From: Lentihominibacter sp.
GTDB taxonomy: Bacteria; Bacillota; Clostridia; Peptostreptococcales; Anaerovoracaceae
Assembly (NCBI GenBank): GCA_050953465.1
Contig: JBMNMR010000001.1
Location: 221,976 to 285,975, forward strand
DNA length: 64,000 nucleotides
Reading direction: 5' to 3'
The notes under the pieces are model-generated. The model saw only the letters and a program-made list of their open reading frames with translations. It ran no database searches and was not told the DNA's origin. Shown here piece after piece: positions 10,516-18,448 of this stretch (positions are counted from its first letter, which is position 1; each line of letters opens with the position of its first letter). Position numbers and translations under genes: made by a program.

Positions 10516-10544
10516 ATATTACCATTTTATTCGCTGCATGGCAA
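10516..10544 (-). promoter_or_regulatory. Putative sigmaA promoter of comEC
   Basis: Minus strand TTGCCA-17 bp-TAATAT with extended TG. Confidence 0.5.
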
Positions 10545-10567
10545 GAACAGGCTATGAAAACTTCCGA

Positions 10568-10805
10568 TTTCTGCACAAAATCCACTTTTCACTGTGTTTT
10601 TGCAGAAAAAACAATGTGCATAGCTAAATGAATATTCATGCATATCTCATAACCCGACTTAAACAAACTAATTTGCTGTCCGCGAATTAACTAACCAGAT
10701 AAGCTTGTGGTCGTCATGTTTTTCTATGGGTAAGATGAAGAAACGGATTTTTGTACTTAATATCTTTCTGTAAAAAAGCCCGGAAAAACATGATTTTTAC
10801 AGAAA
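10568..10805. repeat. Two related 41-bp inverted-repeat sites
   Basis: 10568-10608 TTTCTGCACAAA-N17-TTTTTGCAGAAA and 10765-10805 TTTCTGTAAAAA-N17-TTTTTACAGAAA. Confidence 0.6.
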
Positions 10806-10986
10806 CTGAAAATGACATATTCCATATGCTCATTGTGTTTAAATGTCCATGCGTAAAAAAATAACTAACGAGGTATAAAAATACAAAACCTTGGTATTCC
10901 CTGGCATTCATGGTCAGGATTGCAGTTGAATGGTATCGCTGAGTTAGAGTATAATCATCGTAAGAATATTACAGGAGAATGGGAAT

Positions 10987-11172
10987 ATGAATTACGGAAA
11001 GAAACTTAAATTCATTCTGATTGCAGGCGGCGGCATGTTTATTGCGATTACAGGAATATCCTTCAAAACGGGATATATTCCGGGACATTCAGATTTCAGT
11101 GCATATATCCTTCTTGTACTGGGAACTTTCTTTACTATTTTCGGTCTTATTCAACTCAGTAAATACAAATAG
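10987..11172 (+). CDS. Small two-TM membrane protein, unknown function (61 aa)
   Basis: SD AGGAG; promoter TTGAAT(10926)-18-TATAAT(10950); two hydrophobic segments; ends at a shared terminator. Confidence 0.7.
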   Translation: MNYGKKLKFILIAGGGMFIAITGISFKTGYIPGHSDFSAYILLVLGTFFTIFGLIQLSKYK

Positions 11173-11190
11173 TGTCTCAGCAATGCAAAA

Positions 11191-11226
11191 AAGGAGCTGC
11201 TACATTAATCAATGCGGCAGCTCCTT
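11191..11226. terminator. Intrinsic terminator after nfnB, probably bidirectional
   Basis: AAGGAGCTGC...GCAGCTCCTT stem with a U-tract on the minus strand. Confidence 0.85.
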
Positions 11227-11243
11227 CGCCTTATTCCAAACCC

Positions 11244-12653
11244 TTATTTCAGATACTCATCGATGGACTCAGCCGCAGTCTTACCTGCCCCCATGGCCAG
11301 TATTACCGTCGCTGCACCTGTTACCGCATCGCCGCCGGCAAAGATACCTTCGCGGTTTGTAGCAGCTCCGTCATCTGTACCGATTCCACCGTGATCGTTG
11401 GCTTCCAGATCTTCTGTTGTTTCCAGAATCAGTCTGTTCAGCCTTGTGCCGATTGACATAATCACACTGTCAACTTCCAGAACATAATTTGACCCTTCAA
11501 TCATCACCGGGCGTCTTCTTCCCGAAGAGTCAGGTTCTCCCAGTTCCATCTCAACACATTCCAGACCGGTTACACGACCGTCCTCGTCTCCTAGTATCCG
11601 TACAGGGTTTCTCAATAGCTGGAAATCTATTCCTTCCTCTATAGCATGATGAATTTCCTCGGCTCTCGCAGGGATTTCCCCCATTGAACGTCTGTACACT
11701 ATGTAAACCTTCTCGGCACCCATCCTCATGGCACATCTGGCAGCATCCATAGCAACGTTTCCGCCGCCCACAACTGCTATCTTTTTGCCTTCAGGAACAG
11801 GCGTATCGTACTCATCCAGATAGCCCTTCATCAGATTTATTCTGGTCAGATATTCGTTTGCCGAGCAAACGCCCAGAAGGTTTTCCCCGGGGATGTTCAT
11901 AAATGAAGGCAGACCTGCTCCCGTTCCTACGAATACTGCATCAAAACCTTCTTCCTCAAGAAGCTCATCAACGGTTTCCGCTCTTCCAATAACAGCGTTG
12001 TTGATAAATTTAACACCTTTCTCTTCCAGCTTGCCCACTTCTGCAGCAACGATATCCTTAGGAAGTCTGAATTCGGGAATTCCGTAGGCAAGTACACCGC
12101 CCAGTTTATGCAAAGACTCATATACGGTTACCGCGTAGCCTTTATTGGCCAGGTCGCCGGCACATGTGAGACCGGCAGGACCCGCTCCTACAACAGCAAC
12201 CTTCTTGCCCTTTCCTTCCACGGCTCTTTCCGCATCGGAGTATTCACAAATTTCCTCTGACTCCTCTTCGTGCTCTGCATGCCAGTCGGAAACGAATCTT
12301 TCAAGTCTGCCGATTGAAACCGGCTCACCCTTGACCCCCCTCACGCAAACACCTTCGCACTGATTTTCCTGAGGGCATACACGTCCGCAAATTCTCGGCA
12401 ATGAGTTTGTTCCGGCAATAATCTGGTACGCTTCTTCAAATTCACCTTCTGCCACCTTGGCAACAAACTCAGGAATCCTGACCATTACGGGACAACCACC
12501 GGTACAAGGCTTGGTTCTGCACTTAAGACATCTCATGGCCTCATTGATAGCCATTTCAGGTGTGTAGCCTTCAGCAACTTCTTCGAAGTTTCTTGCCCTT
12601 ACCTGAGGATCCTGCTCAGGCATAGGGTTTTTTACGGGTTTCAGATTAATCAT
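11244..12653 (-). CDS. nfnB: NfnB: large subunit of NADH-dependent reduced ferredoxin:NADP+ oxidoreductase (GltD-like)
   Basis: RCLKC..PC..GCP, CGRVCPQENQCE..C, GAGPAGL, YGIPEFRLPK, GGGNVAMD, YRR, GGDAVTGAATV; overlaps nfnA by 8 nt. Confidence 0.9.
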   Translation of the reverse strand: MINLKPVKNPMPEQDPQVRARNFEEVAEGYTPEMAINEAMRCLKCRTKPCTGGCPVMVRIPEFVAKVAEGEFEEAYQIIAGTNSLPRICGRVCPQENQCEGVCVRGVKGEPVSIGRLERFVSDWHAEHEEESEEICEYSDAERAVEGKGKKVAVVGAGPAGLTCAGDLANKGYAVTVYESLHKLGGVLAYGIPEFRLPKDIVAAEVGKLEEKGVKFINNAVIGRAETVDELLEEEGFDAVFVGTGAGLPSFMNIPGENLLGVCSANEYLTRINLMKGYLDEYDTPVPEGKKIAVVGGGNVAMDAARCAMRMGAEKVYIVYRRSMGEIPARAEEIHHAIEEGIDFQLLRNPVRILGDEDGRVTGLECVEMELGEPDSSGRRRPVMIEGSNYVLEVDSVIMSIGTRLNRLILETTEDLEANDHGGIGTDDGAATNREGIFAGGDAVTGAATVILAMGAGKTAAESIDEYLK

Positions 12654-13494
12654 GATATCTTACACCTCCTGTCAGTCTGCATACATGAGCTCTGTCCCGA
12701 GCCTCCTGTTCTTCATAATAGGCATTTCTTCTTACCATATCGTCCCAGTCAATCAGGGCACCGTCAAATTCAGGTCCGTCAACGCAGACAAATTTGTTTT
12801 CCCCGCCAACAACACATCTGCAGCAGCCGCACATTCCCGTACCATCAACCATATATGCGGTAAGAGAAGCTACGGATGGAATGCCGTAATCGGTTGCCAT
12901 CTGACATGTGAACTTCATCATCAAAGGCGGCCCAACCGCTACTATTTCATCATATTTGTTGCCGGCTTCAATAAGCTCTTTTAGTTTGTCTGTAGTAAAT
13001 CCCTTATAGCCATAGGAGCCATCGTCAGTTGTAATGTAAAGTCTGTCGGTGCCGGCTCTGAACTCGTCTTCAAGAATAACATGCTCTTTGCTCTTGTATC
13101 CGGCAATCATGTCAACCTCAACTCCTGCAGCATGCATTCCGCATGCCACCGGAAATGCCAGAGCATTACCTGTACCGCCGCCAACCACACAGACCTTTTT
13201 AAGCCCTTCCATTTCCGTAGGCTTTCCCAGAGGGCCAACAACATCCATAAGATAATCGCCTTCTTCCAGCTGATTCATAAGCATGGTTGTTCTGCCCACG
13301 GCTGCAAAAATCAAATCAATGGTTCCGGCCTCCGAATCATGTCCTGCCATAGTAAGAGGGATTCTTTCGCCGTATTCATCGGTTCTGAGAATAATAAACT
13401 GGCCCGGCTTAGCCTTTCTTGCCACCATAGGAGCGTCAATTACAAGCCAAGTCATGTTTTCATTAAGAACTCTTTTCTTCAAAACTTTATACAT
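12646..13494 (-). CDS. nfnA: NfnA: small FAD/[2Fe-2S] subunit (PyrK/SudB-like)
   Basis: KPGQFIILR..GERIPLT, GPLG, VGGGTG, DGTGMCGCCRC..CVDGPEF. Start set at ATG 13494 from SD spacing. Confidence 0.9.
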   Translation of the reverse strand: MYKVLKKRVLNENMTWLVIDAPMVARKAKPGQFIILRTDEYGERIPLTMAGHDSEAGTIDLIFAAVGRTTMLMNQLEEGDYLMDVVGPLGKPTEMEGLKKVCVVGGGTGNALAFPVACGMHAAGVEVDMIAGYKSKEHVILEDEFRAGTDRLYITTDDGSYGYKGFTTDKLKELIEAGNKYDEIVAVGPPLMMKFTCQMATDYGIPSVASLTAYMVDGTGMCGCCRCVVGGENKFVCVDGPEFDGALIDWDDMVRRNAYYEEQEARDRAHVCRLTGGVRYHD

Positions 13495-13511
13495 TGAATT
13501 CACTCCCTTCT

Positions 13512-16500
13512 TCAGTTATTCTCAAATTCTTTTAGCTGACTCTTAAGTTTTTTGTATCTCTTAACCGCATAGTCTTCTGCTTTCGCAAAGAGTTTCGCAG
13601 CTCTTTCAGGATTCTTAAGTTTCAGTGAGCTGTATCTTACTTCTCCCATAAGGAAATCTTCGTGTTTTTCAGTCGGAGGTGCACTGTCGAGAGACAGTGG
13701 ATTTTTCTTTTCGAGAACTGCCGCCGGGTTATATCTGAACAGGTTCCAGTACCCGGCTCTTACAGCATTCTTCATCTGCAGCATGGACTTATTCATTCCG
13801 GCATCAATACCGTGGTTGATACAAGGAGCATATGCGATGATAAGTGAAGGACCGTCATAGGCCTCAGCTTCCCTGATTGCCTTCAAGGTCTGTGCCGGAT
13901 TGGCACCCATAGCTACCTGGGCAACATATACATATCCATAAGCCATAGCAATCTGTGCCAGATTTTTCTTTGTTACTGCCTTACCTGCGGCTGCAAATTG
14001 TGCAACCGCACCGATAGGAGTTGCCTTTGAAGATTGTCCTCCGGTATTTGAATAAACCTCCGTGTCAAAGACCAGAACATTGATGTTTTCTCCGGAAGCC
14101 AGAACATGATCCAGTCCGCCGTAACCGATGTCATATGCCCAGCCGTCACCGCCAAAGAGCCACATTGACGGTTTCGCAAGCATGTCCCTGTTCTCCACAA
14201 CATACCTGGCATCTTCGTCCGCGCTTCCTTCACATGATGCAGCCAGAATGTCACCCATCTTTCCGGCGCATTCCGAATTATCCATATTGTCAAGCCATGC
14301 TTTTGCAGGCTCTGAGAATTCTGCCTTTTCGGCCAGTCTCTCAACAACATTCTTCATGTGAGCTCTTCTTGCCTTTACCGCTATCGCCATACCATAGCCG
14401 AATTGTGCATTATCTTCGAAAAGGGAATTGCCCCATGCCGGCCCCTTTCCTTCCGCATTAACAGTATACGGTGATGATGGTGCCGACAGACCCCATATTG
14501 ATGAACATCCCGTAGCATTTGCAATAAACATCCTGTCGCCATACAGCTGAGTAACCAGTTTAGCATATGGAGTTTCTCCACATCCAGGGCAAGCTCCCGA
14601 GAACTCCAGCAGCGGCTGAAGGAATTGTGACTTTTTAACATTTTCATCACTTCCCAGCCCGGTCTTTGTTCCAATCCTGTGGAACAGATGGTCAAAGTCA
14701 GCCTGAGAAGCATTCTGGTTGGCTTCAGCGTCTACCATTGTCAGCGCCTTCTGCCTTGCCGGACAAACCTCTGCGCAGGAACCGCAGCCTGTACAGTCAA
14801 GACCACTGATTCCAATTGCAAAGAATTTGCTCTCATCATCTCTGAACGGCACCGAAATACCTTCATATGCATGCGCTTCTTCGGCATCCAGCACAAACGG
14901 TCTTATTACAGCATGAGGACAAACATATGAACACCAGTTACACTGCATACACTTTTTGGAATCCCACTGCGGAATGTCAGTCGCAATTCCTCTCTTTTCG
15001 AATGCTGCTGTTCCTGACGGAACATGCCCATCTGCAAAATCCTTAAATACGGATACAGGAATATCGTCTCCGTACATTCCGTTTGTAGGCTTAAGAACAT
15101 TGTTGATATAATTCGTATGGTGCTGATCTCTTCCTATTGCAACAGTCTTTGTAATATCCCCTTCGGCATCAGCCCATGATGGTGGAACCTCAACCTTATG
15201 AACACTGCTCACACCGGCATCTATTGCGGCGAAGTTCATGTCGACAATTTTCTTACCTTTACTACCGTAAGTTTTTTCTATTGCTTCCTTCATATACCTG
15301 ACAGCATCTTCTATAGGAAGGATATTTGCCAGCTTAAAGAAAGCCGCCTGAAGAACAGAATTGGTTCTGTTTCCCAAACCCATTTCCTTTGCAATTGTTA
15401 CGGCATCACAGGTGTAGAACTGTACATCGTTCTGTGCTATATATTTTTTGACATTACCGGGCAGTTTGTCTTCAAGCTCATCATCACTCCACGGGCAGTT
15501 AAGAAGGAATGTTCCACCCCTCTTTATATCTTCTACCATGTAATATCTGTCAAGGTATGATGCCTTATGGCATGCTACAAAGTCAGCCTGTTTAACATAG
15601 TATGTGGATCTGATCGGCTCATCCCCAAATCTCAGATGAGAAATAGTAACTCCTCCTGATTTTTTTGAATCGTACTGGAAATATGCCTGAGCGTATTTTT
15701 CGGTATTGTCGCCGATAATCTTGACACTGTTCTTGTTGGCACCGACAGTACCGTCAGCACCCAGCCCCCAGAATTTGCAAGCCACAGTGCTTTCATGAGC
15801 AACGTCCGGGTTATGTGAACCCTCAATTGAAAGGCAGGTCACATCGTCTTCTATTGACAGAGTGAATTCAGGTTTTGGTTCTTCAGACCACAGATTTTCA
15901 AATACGGCTAGCACATCCCCCGGCTGTACGTCCTTGGAACCCAATCCGTATCTGCCTCTTGCGATGTAACTGCCGGCAAATTCAGTATTCCGAACAGCAG
16001 AGACAACATCCAGGTAAAGGGGTTCACCTATTGCACCCGGTTCCTTGGTTCTGTCAAGAACCGCCATCTTCTTTACTGTTGAAGGAATCTCAGACACAAA
16101 ATGCTTTGCTGAAAACGGTCTGTAAAGTCTTACGGAAATCAGACCAACCTTCTTGCCTTGAGCGTTAAGATAATCCACTATTTCTTCGGCGCAGTCACAG
16201 ACTGAACCCATAGCGATAACAATCTCCTCTGCATCAGGTGCTCCGTAATATTCATACGGCTTGTACGGTCTTTCCCGCTCCACTCTTTCGTTTACCCTGT
16301 TCATGCAATCGATTATTACGTCAATCTGTTCCTCATAGTTTTCGTTGCATGCTTCTCTGTGCTGGAAGAAAGTCTCAGGCTGCTCAGCTGAGCCAATACA
16401 ATGCCCATTGTTCGGGTTCAACGCATTAGCCTTGAATCTCTTAACCGCATCCATATCCAGCATATCTTTCAGTTCATCGTAGTCCCATGTGTAAATTTTC

Positions 16501-17039
16501 TGCTGTTCATGTGATGTTCTGAATCCGTCGAAGAAATGCAGTACAGGTACCTTCCCTTCGATTGCGGACAGGTGTGCCACAGCGGACAGATCCATAACCT
16601 CCTGCGGGCTTCTTGAAGCCAGCATTGCAAATCCCGTCTGCCTGCATGCCATAACATCCGAATGATCTCCGAAGATATTCAGAGCATGTGTCGATATTGT
16701 TCTTGCTGCAACATGGATAACCGTAGGTGTTTCTTCTGCTGCCAGCTTAAACATATTTGGTATCATCAGAAGCAGTCCCTGTGATGCGGTGAATGTTGTA
16801 GTAAGAGCACCCGCTGCAATGGAACCGTGTACAGCACCTGCCGCACCGCCTTCGGATTCCATCTCCACCACTTTTACTTCTTCCCCAAAGATATTCTTCC
16901 TGTTCACACTTGCCCATGCATCAACATTTTCAGCCATTACAGATGATGGTGTGATAGGATAGATCGCTGCAACTTCAGAGAACGCATATGCAACATGTGC
17001 AGCAGCTGTGTTGCCGTCCATTGTCTTTCTGGATCTCAT
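13512..17039 (-). CDS. nifJ: Pyruvate:ferredoxin (flavodoxin) oxidoreductase, divergent paralog 1
   Basis: MDGNTAAAH, YPITPS, GLGADGTVGAN, CMQCNWCSYVCPH, CTGCGSCAEVCP, GACPGCGETPY, GGDGWAYDIG, YSNTGGQ. Start ATG 17039 with SD AGGAG. Confidence 0.95.
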   Translation of the reverse strand: MRSRKTMDGNTAAAHVAYAFSEVAAIYPITPSSVMAENVDAWASVNRKNIFGEEVKVVEMESEGGAAGAVHGSIAAGALTTTFTASQGLLLMIPNMFKLAAEETPTVIHVAARTISTHALNIFGDHSDVMACRQTGFAMLASRSPQEVMDLSAVAHLSAIEGKVPVLHFFDGFRTSHEQQKIYTWDYDELKDMLDMDAVKRFKANALNPNNGHCIGSAEQPETFFQHREACNENYEEQIDVIIDCMNRVNERVERERPYKPYEYYGAPDAEEIVIAMGSVCDCAEEIVDYLNAQGKKVGLISVRLYRPFSAKHFVSEIPSTVKKMAVLDRTKEPGAIGEPLYLDVVSAVRNTEFAGSYIARGRYGLGSKDVQPGDVLAVFENLWSEEPKPEFTLSIEDDVTCLSIEGSHNPDVAHESTVACKFWGLGADGTVGANKNSVKIIGDNTEKYAQAYFQYDSKKSGGVTISHLRFGDEPIRSTYYVKQADFVACHKASYLDRYYMVEDIKRGGTFLLNCPWSDDELEDKLPGNVKKYIAQNDVQFYTCDAVTIAKEMGLGNRTNSVLQAAFFKLANILPIEDAVRYMKEAIEKTYGSKGKKIVDMNFAAIDAGVSSVHKVEVPPSWADAEGDITKTVAIGRDQHHTNYINNVLKPTNGMYGDDIPVSVFKDFADGHVPSGTAAFEKRGIATDIPQWDSKKCMQCNWCSYVCPHAVIRPFVLDAEEAHAYEGISVPFRDDESKFFAIGISGLDCTGCGSCAEVCPARQKALTMVDAEANQNASQADFDHLFHRIGTKTGLGSDENVKKSQFLQPLLEFSGACPGCGETPYAKLVTQLYGDRMFIANATGCSSIWGLSAPSSPYTVNAEGKGPAWGNSLFEDNAQFGYGMAIAVKARRAHMKNVVERLAEKAEFSEPAKAWLDNMDNSECAGKMGDILAASCEGSADEDARYVVENRDMLAKPSMWLFGGDGWAYDIGYGGLDHVLASGENINVLVFDTEVYSNTGGQSSKATPIGAVAQFAAAGKAVTKKNLAQIAMAYGYVYVAQVAMGANPAQTLKAIREAEAYDGPSLIIAYAPCINHGIDAGMNKSMLQMKNAVRAGYWNLFRYNPAAVLEKKNPLSLDSAPPTEKHEDFLMGEVRYSSLKLKNPERAAKLFAKAEDYAVKRYKKLKSQLKEFENN

Positions 17040-17043
17040 GTTT

Positions 17044-18342
17044 CTATCTCCTTTCATCTAACTTTATTGCTTCGCGCTGGAGGTAATTATATTCAGGAAC
17101 TTCTCTTTCCTTAATAAGACCTCTTGAGCAAACATACTGACAAACTCCGCAGTTGACACATTTATCATGATCTATATACGGATGCCCGTCAGTCATTTCA
17201 ATTGCACCATTCGGACAGTTATCGGCACAGTCCCCGCAATCAATGCATCCCATGCCACAGACTTCCATTCTTCTGTCGGGATCTGCCTGAGACTGGCAAG
17301 CAGCCTGCTTGACTCCGATATACGGTACCATTTCAATCTTGTTCTTCGGACACTCTCTGTAGCAGTCACCACATCCTACACACTTGTCCGGATCAACCTG
17401 AGCAAGTCCGTATTTATTCGTTATCGCGTCGTATCTGCATACCTTGGTACAATCCCCGAATCCCATGCATCCGTATTCGCATACATCCAGACTGTCCAGG
17501 TCTACCTTCATATCAACTATGGTTCTGCAATCCTCATACCCGGCCTTTTTCAGCTTGGTGTTTCCCATTGCACCACCGGTACATCTAACCAGTGCAACTT
17601 CCTCCTTGGCCTCGGTTAAATCGTGCATAGTATCAACGATAATCTTTTTCCGGCATTTGACTGTGCAGGTTATACAACCCTCACACTTGCTGTAATCAAT
17701 TCTGGCGTATCTGCCGTCCACCTTGTCGCCCATAACCATTTCTATGGCATCTTTCGGACAAGCCAGAGCACAGTCGCCACAGCCGATACATCCGTATCCG
17801 CAAACAGTCAGGGTTTCCTGCTCGTTATCCTTTGAGGAACAAGGTATAAAATTTGTTGCATCCGCAGGAACCATTTCTATAATTTCACGGACACATCCTG
17901 TCAGACAGGCCTCACATCCGGAGCATTTTTCCCTATCGATTACAACGTTACCGTCTTCCAGTGACATTGCCTCGAACTTACATCTGTCGATACAGGTTCC
18001 CAATCCGAGGCAGCCGTAACTACACTCTCCTTTGACAAAACCCTCTTCATCCGCTGCATCACAACTATCGCAGCCGGCCGCAATGAAGCGCTCTTTGCCT
18101 GCTGCATCCCCTGCACATTTGATGAAAGCAATTTGAGACTCCACCTCCACAGGTTCAACGCCCATAATCTCTGCTATTGCCGCTACTGCCTCAGTTTTTG
18201 CCGCGGGACAAAGCGTGATAGGCCCTCCTGCTGCTATTGCTTCTGCGCAAGCAGCACATGTCGGATGTCCGCACCCACCGAATCCGCCGCAATCAACGCC
18301 CGGCAGGAGCGTCAATATTCGCTTTGCTGATTCTATCGTCAT
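17044..18342 (-). CDS. RnfB-like polyferredoxin without a membrane anchor, internally duplicated
   Basis: N-terminal LLPGVDCGGFGGCGHPTC..C FeS domain, then two copies of the RnfB body with four Cys clusters each. No N-terminal TM helix. Confidence 0.82.
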   Translation of the reverse strand: MTIESAKRILTLLPGVDCGGFGGCGHPTCAACAEAIAAGGPITLCPAAKTEAVAAIAEIMGVEPVEVESQIAFIKCAGDAAGKERFIAAGCDSCDAADEEGFVKGECSYGCLGLGTCIDRCKFEAMSLEDGNVVIDREKCSGCEACLTGCVREIIEMVPADATNFIPCSSKDNEQETLTVCGYGCIGCGDCALACPKDAIEMVMGDKVDGRYARIDYSKCEGCITCTVKCRKKIIVDTMHDLTEAKEEVALVRCTGGAMGNTKLKKAGYEDCRTIVDMKVDLDSLDVCEYGCMGFGDCTKVCRYDAITNKYGLAQVDPDKCVGCGDCYRECPKNKIEMVPYIGVKQAACQSQADPDRRMEVCGMGCIDCGDCADNCPNGAIEMTDGHPYIDHDKCVNCGVCQYVCSRGLIKEREVPEYNYLQREAIKLDERR

Positions 18343-18404
18343 TTCTTACCTCCGTCTTTATATATCTTGATTTATATGTATTTTGTATACGCTGACACGT
18401 TTTT

Positions 18405-18432
18405 ATTCTATCACTTCCGTCTTTTCAGTCAA
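18405..18432 (-). promoter_or_regulatory. Putative promoter of the polyferredoxin-PFOR-nfnAB operon
   Basis: Minus strand TTGACT-16 bp-TAGAAT with extended TG. TTGTATACGC at 18383-18392 lies just downstream. Confidence 0.55.
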
Positions 18433-18448
18433 GTATCGGTTCCCTTTT

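Noticed and set aside
10577-10797. ComK AT-boxes (AAAA-N5-TTTT at 10577 and 10785) upstream of comEC
   Set aside because: K-boxes need two AT-boxes within a few helical turns; these are about 200 bp apart, and the word is common in AT-rich DNA.
10714-10911. 65-aa minus-strand ORF in the comEC upstream region
   Set aside because: No SD and no recognisable features; overlaps the inverted repeats.
11244-12653. Glutamate synthase small subunit
   Set aside because: No GltB large subunit adjacent; it is coupled to an NfnA-type gene instead.
17044-18342. Part of an rnf operon
   Set aside because: No rnfC/D/G/E/A in the window, and the protein lacks the TM anchor.
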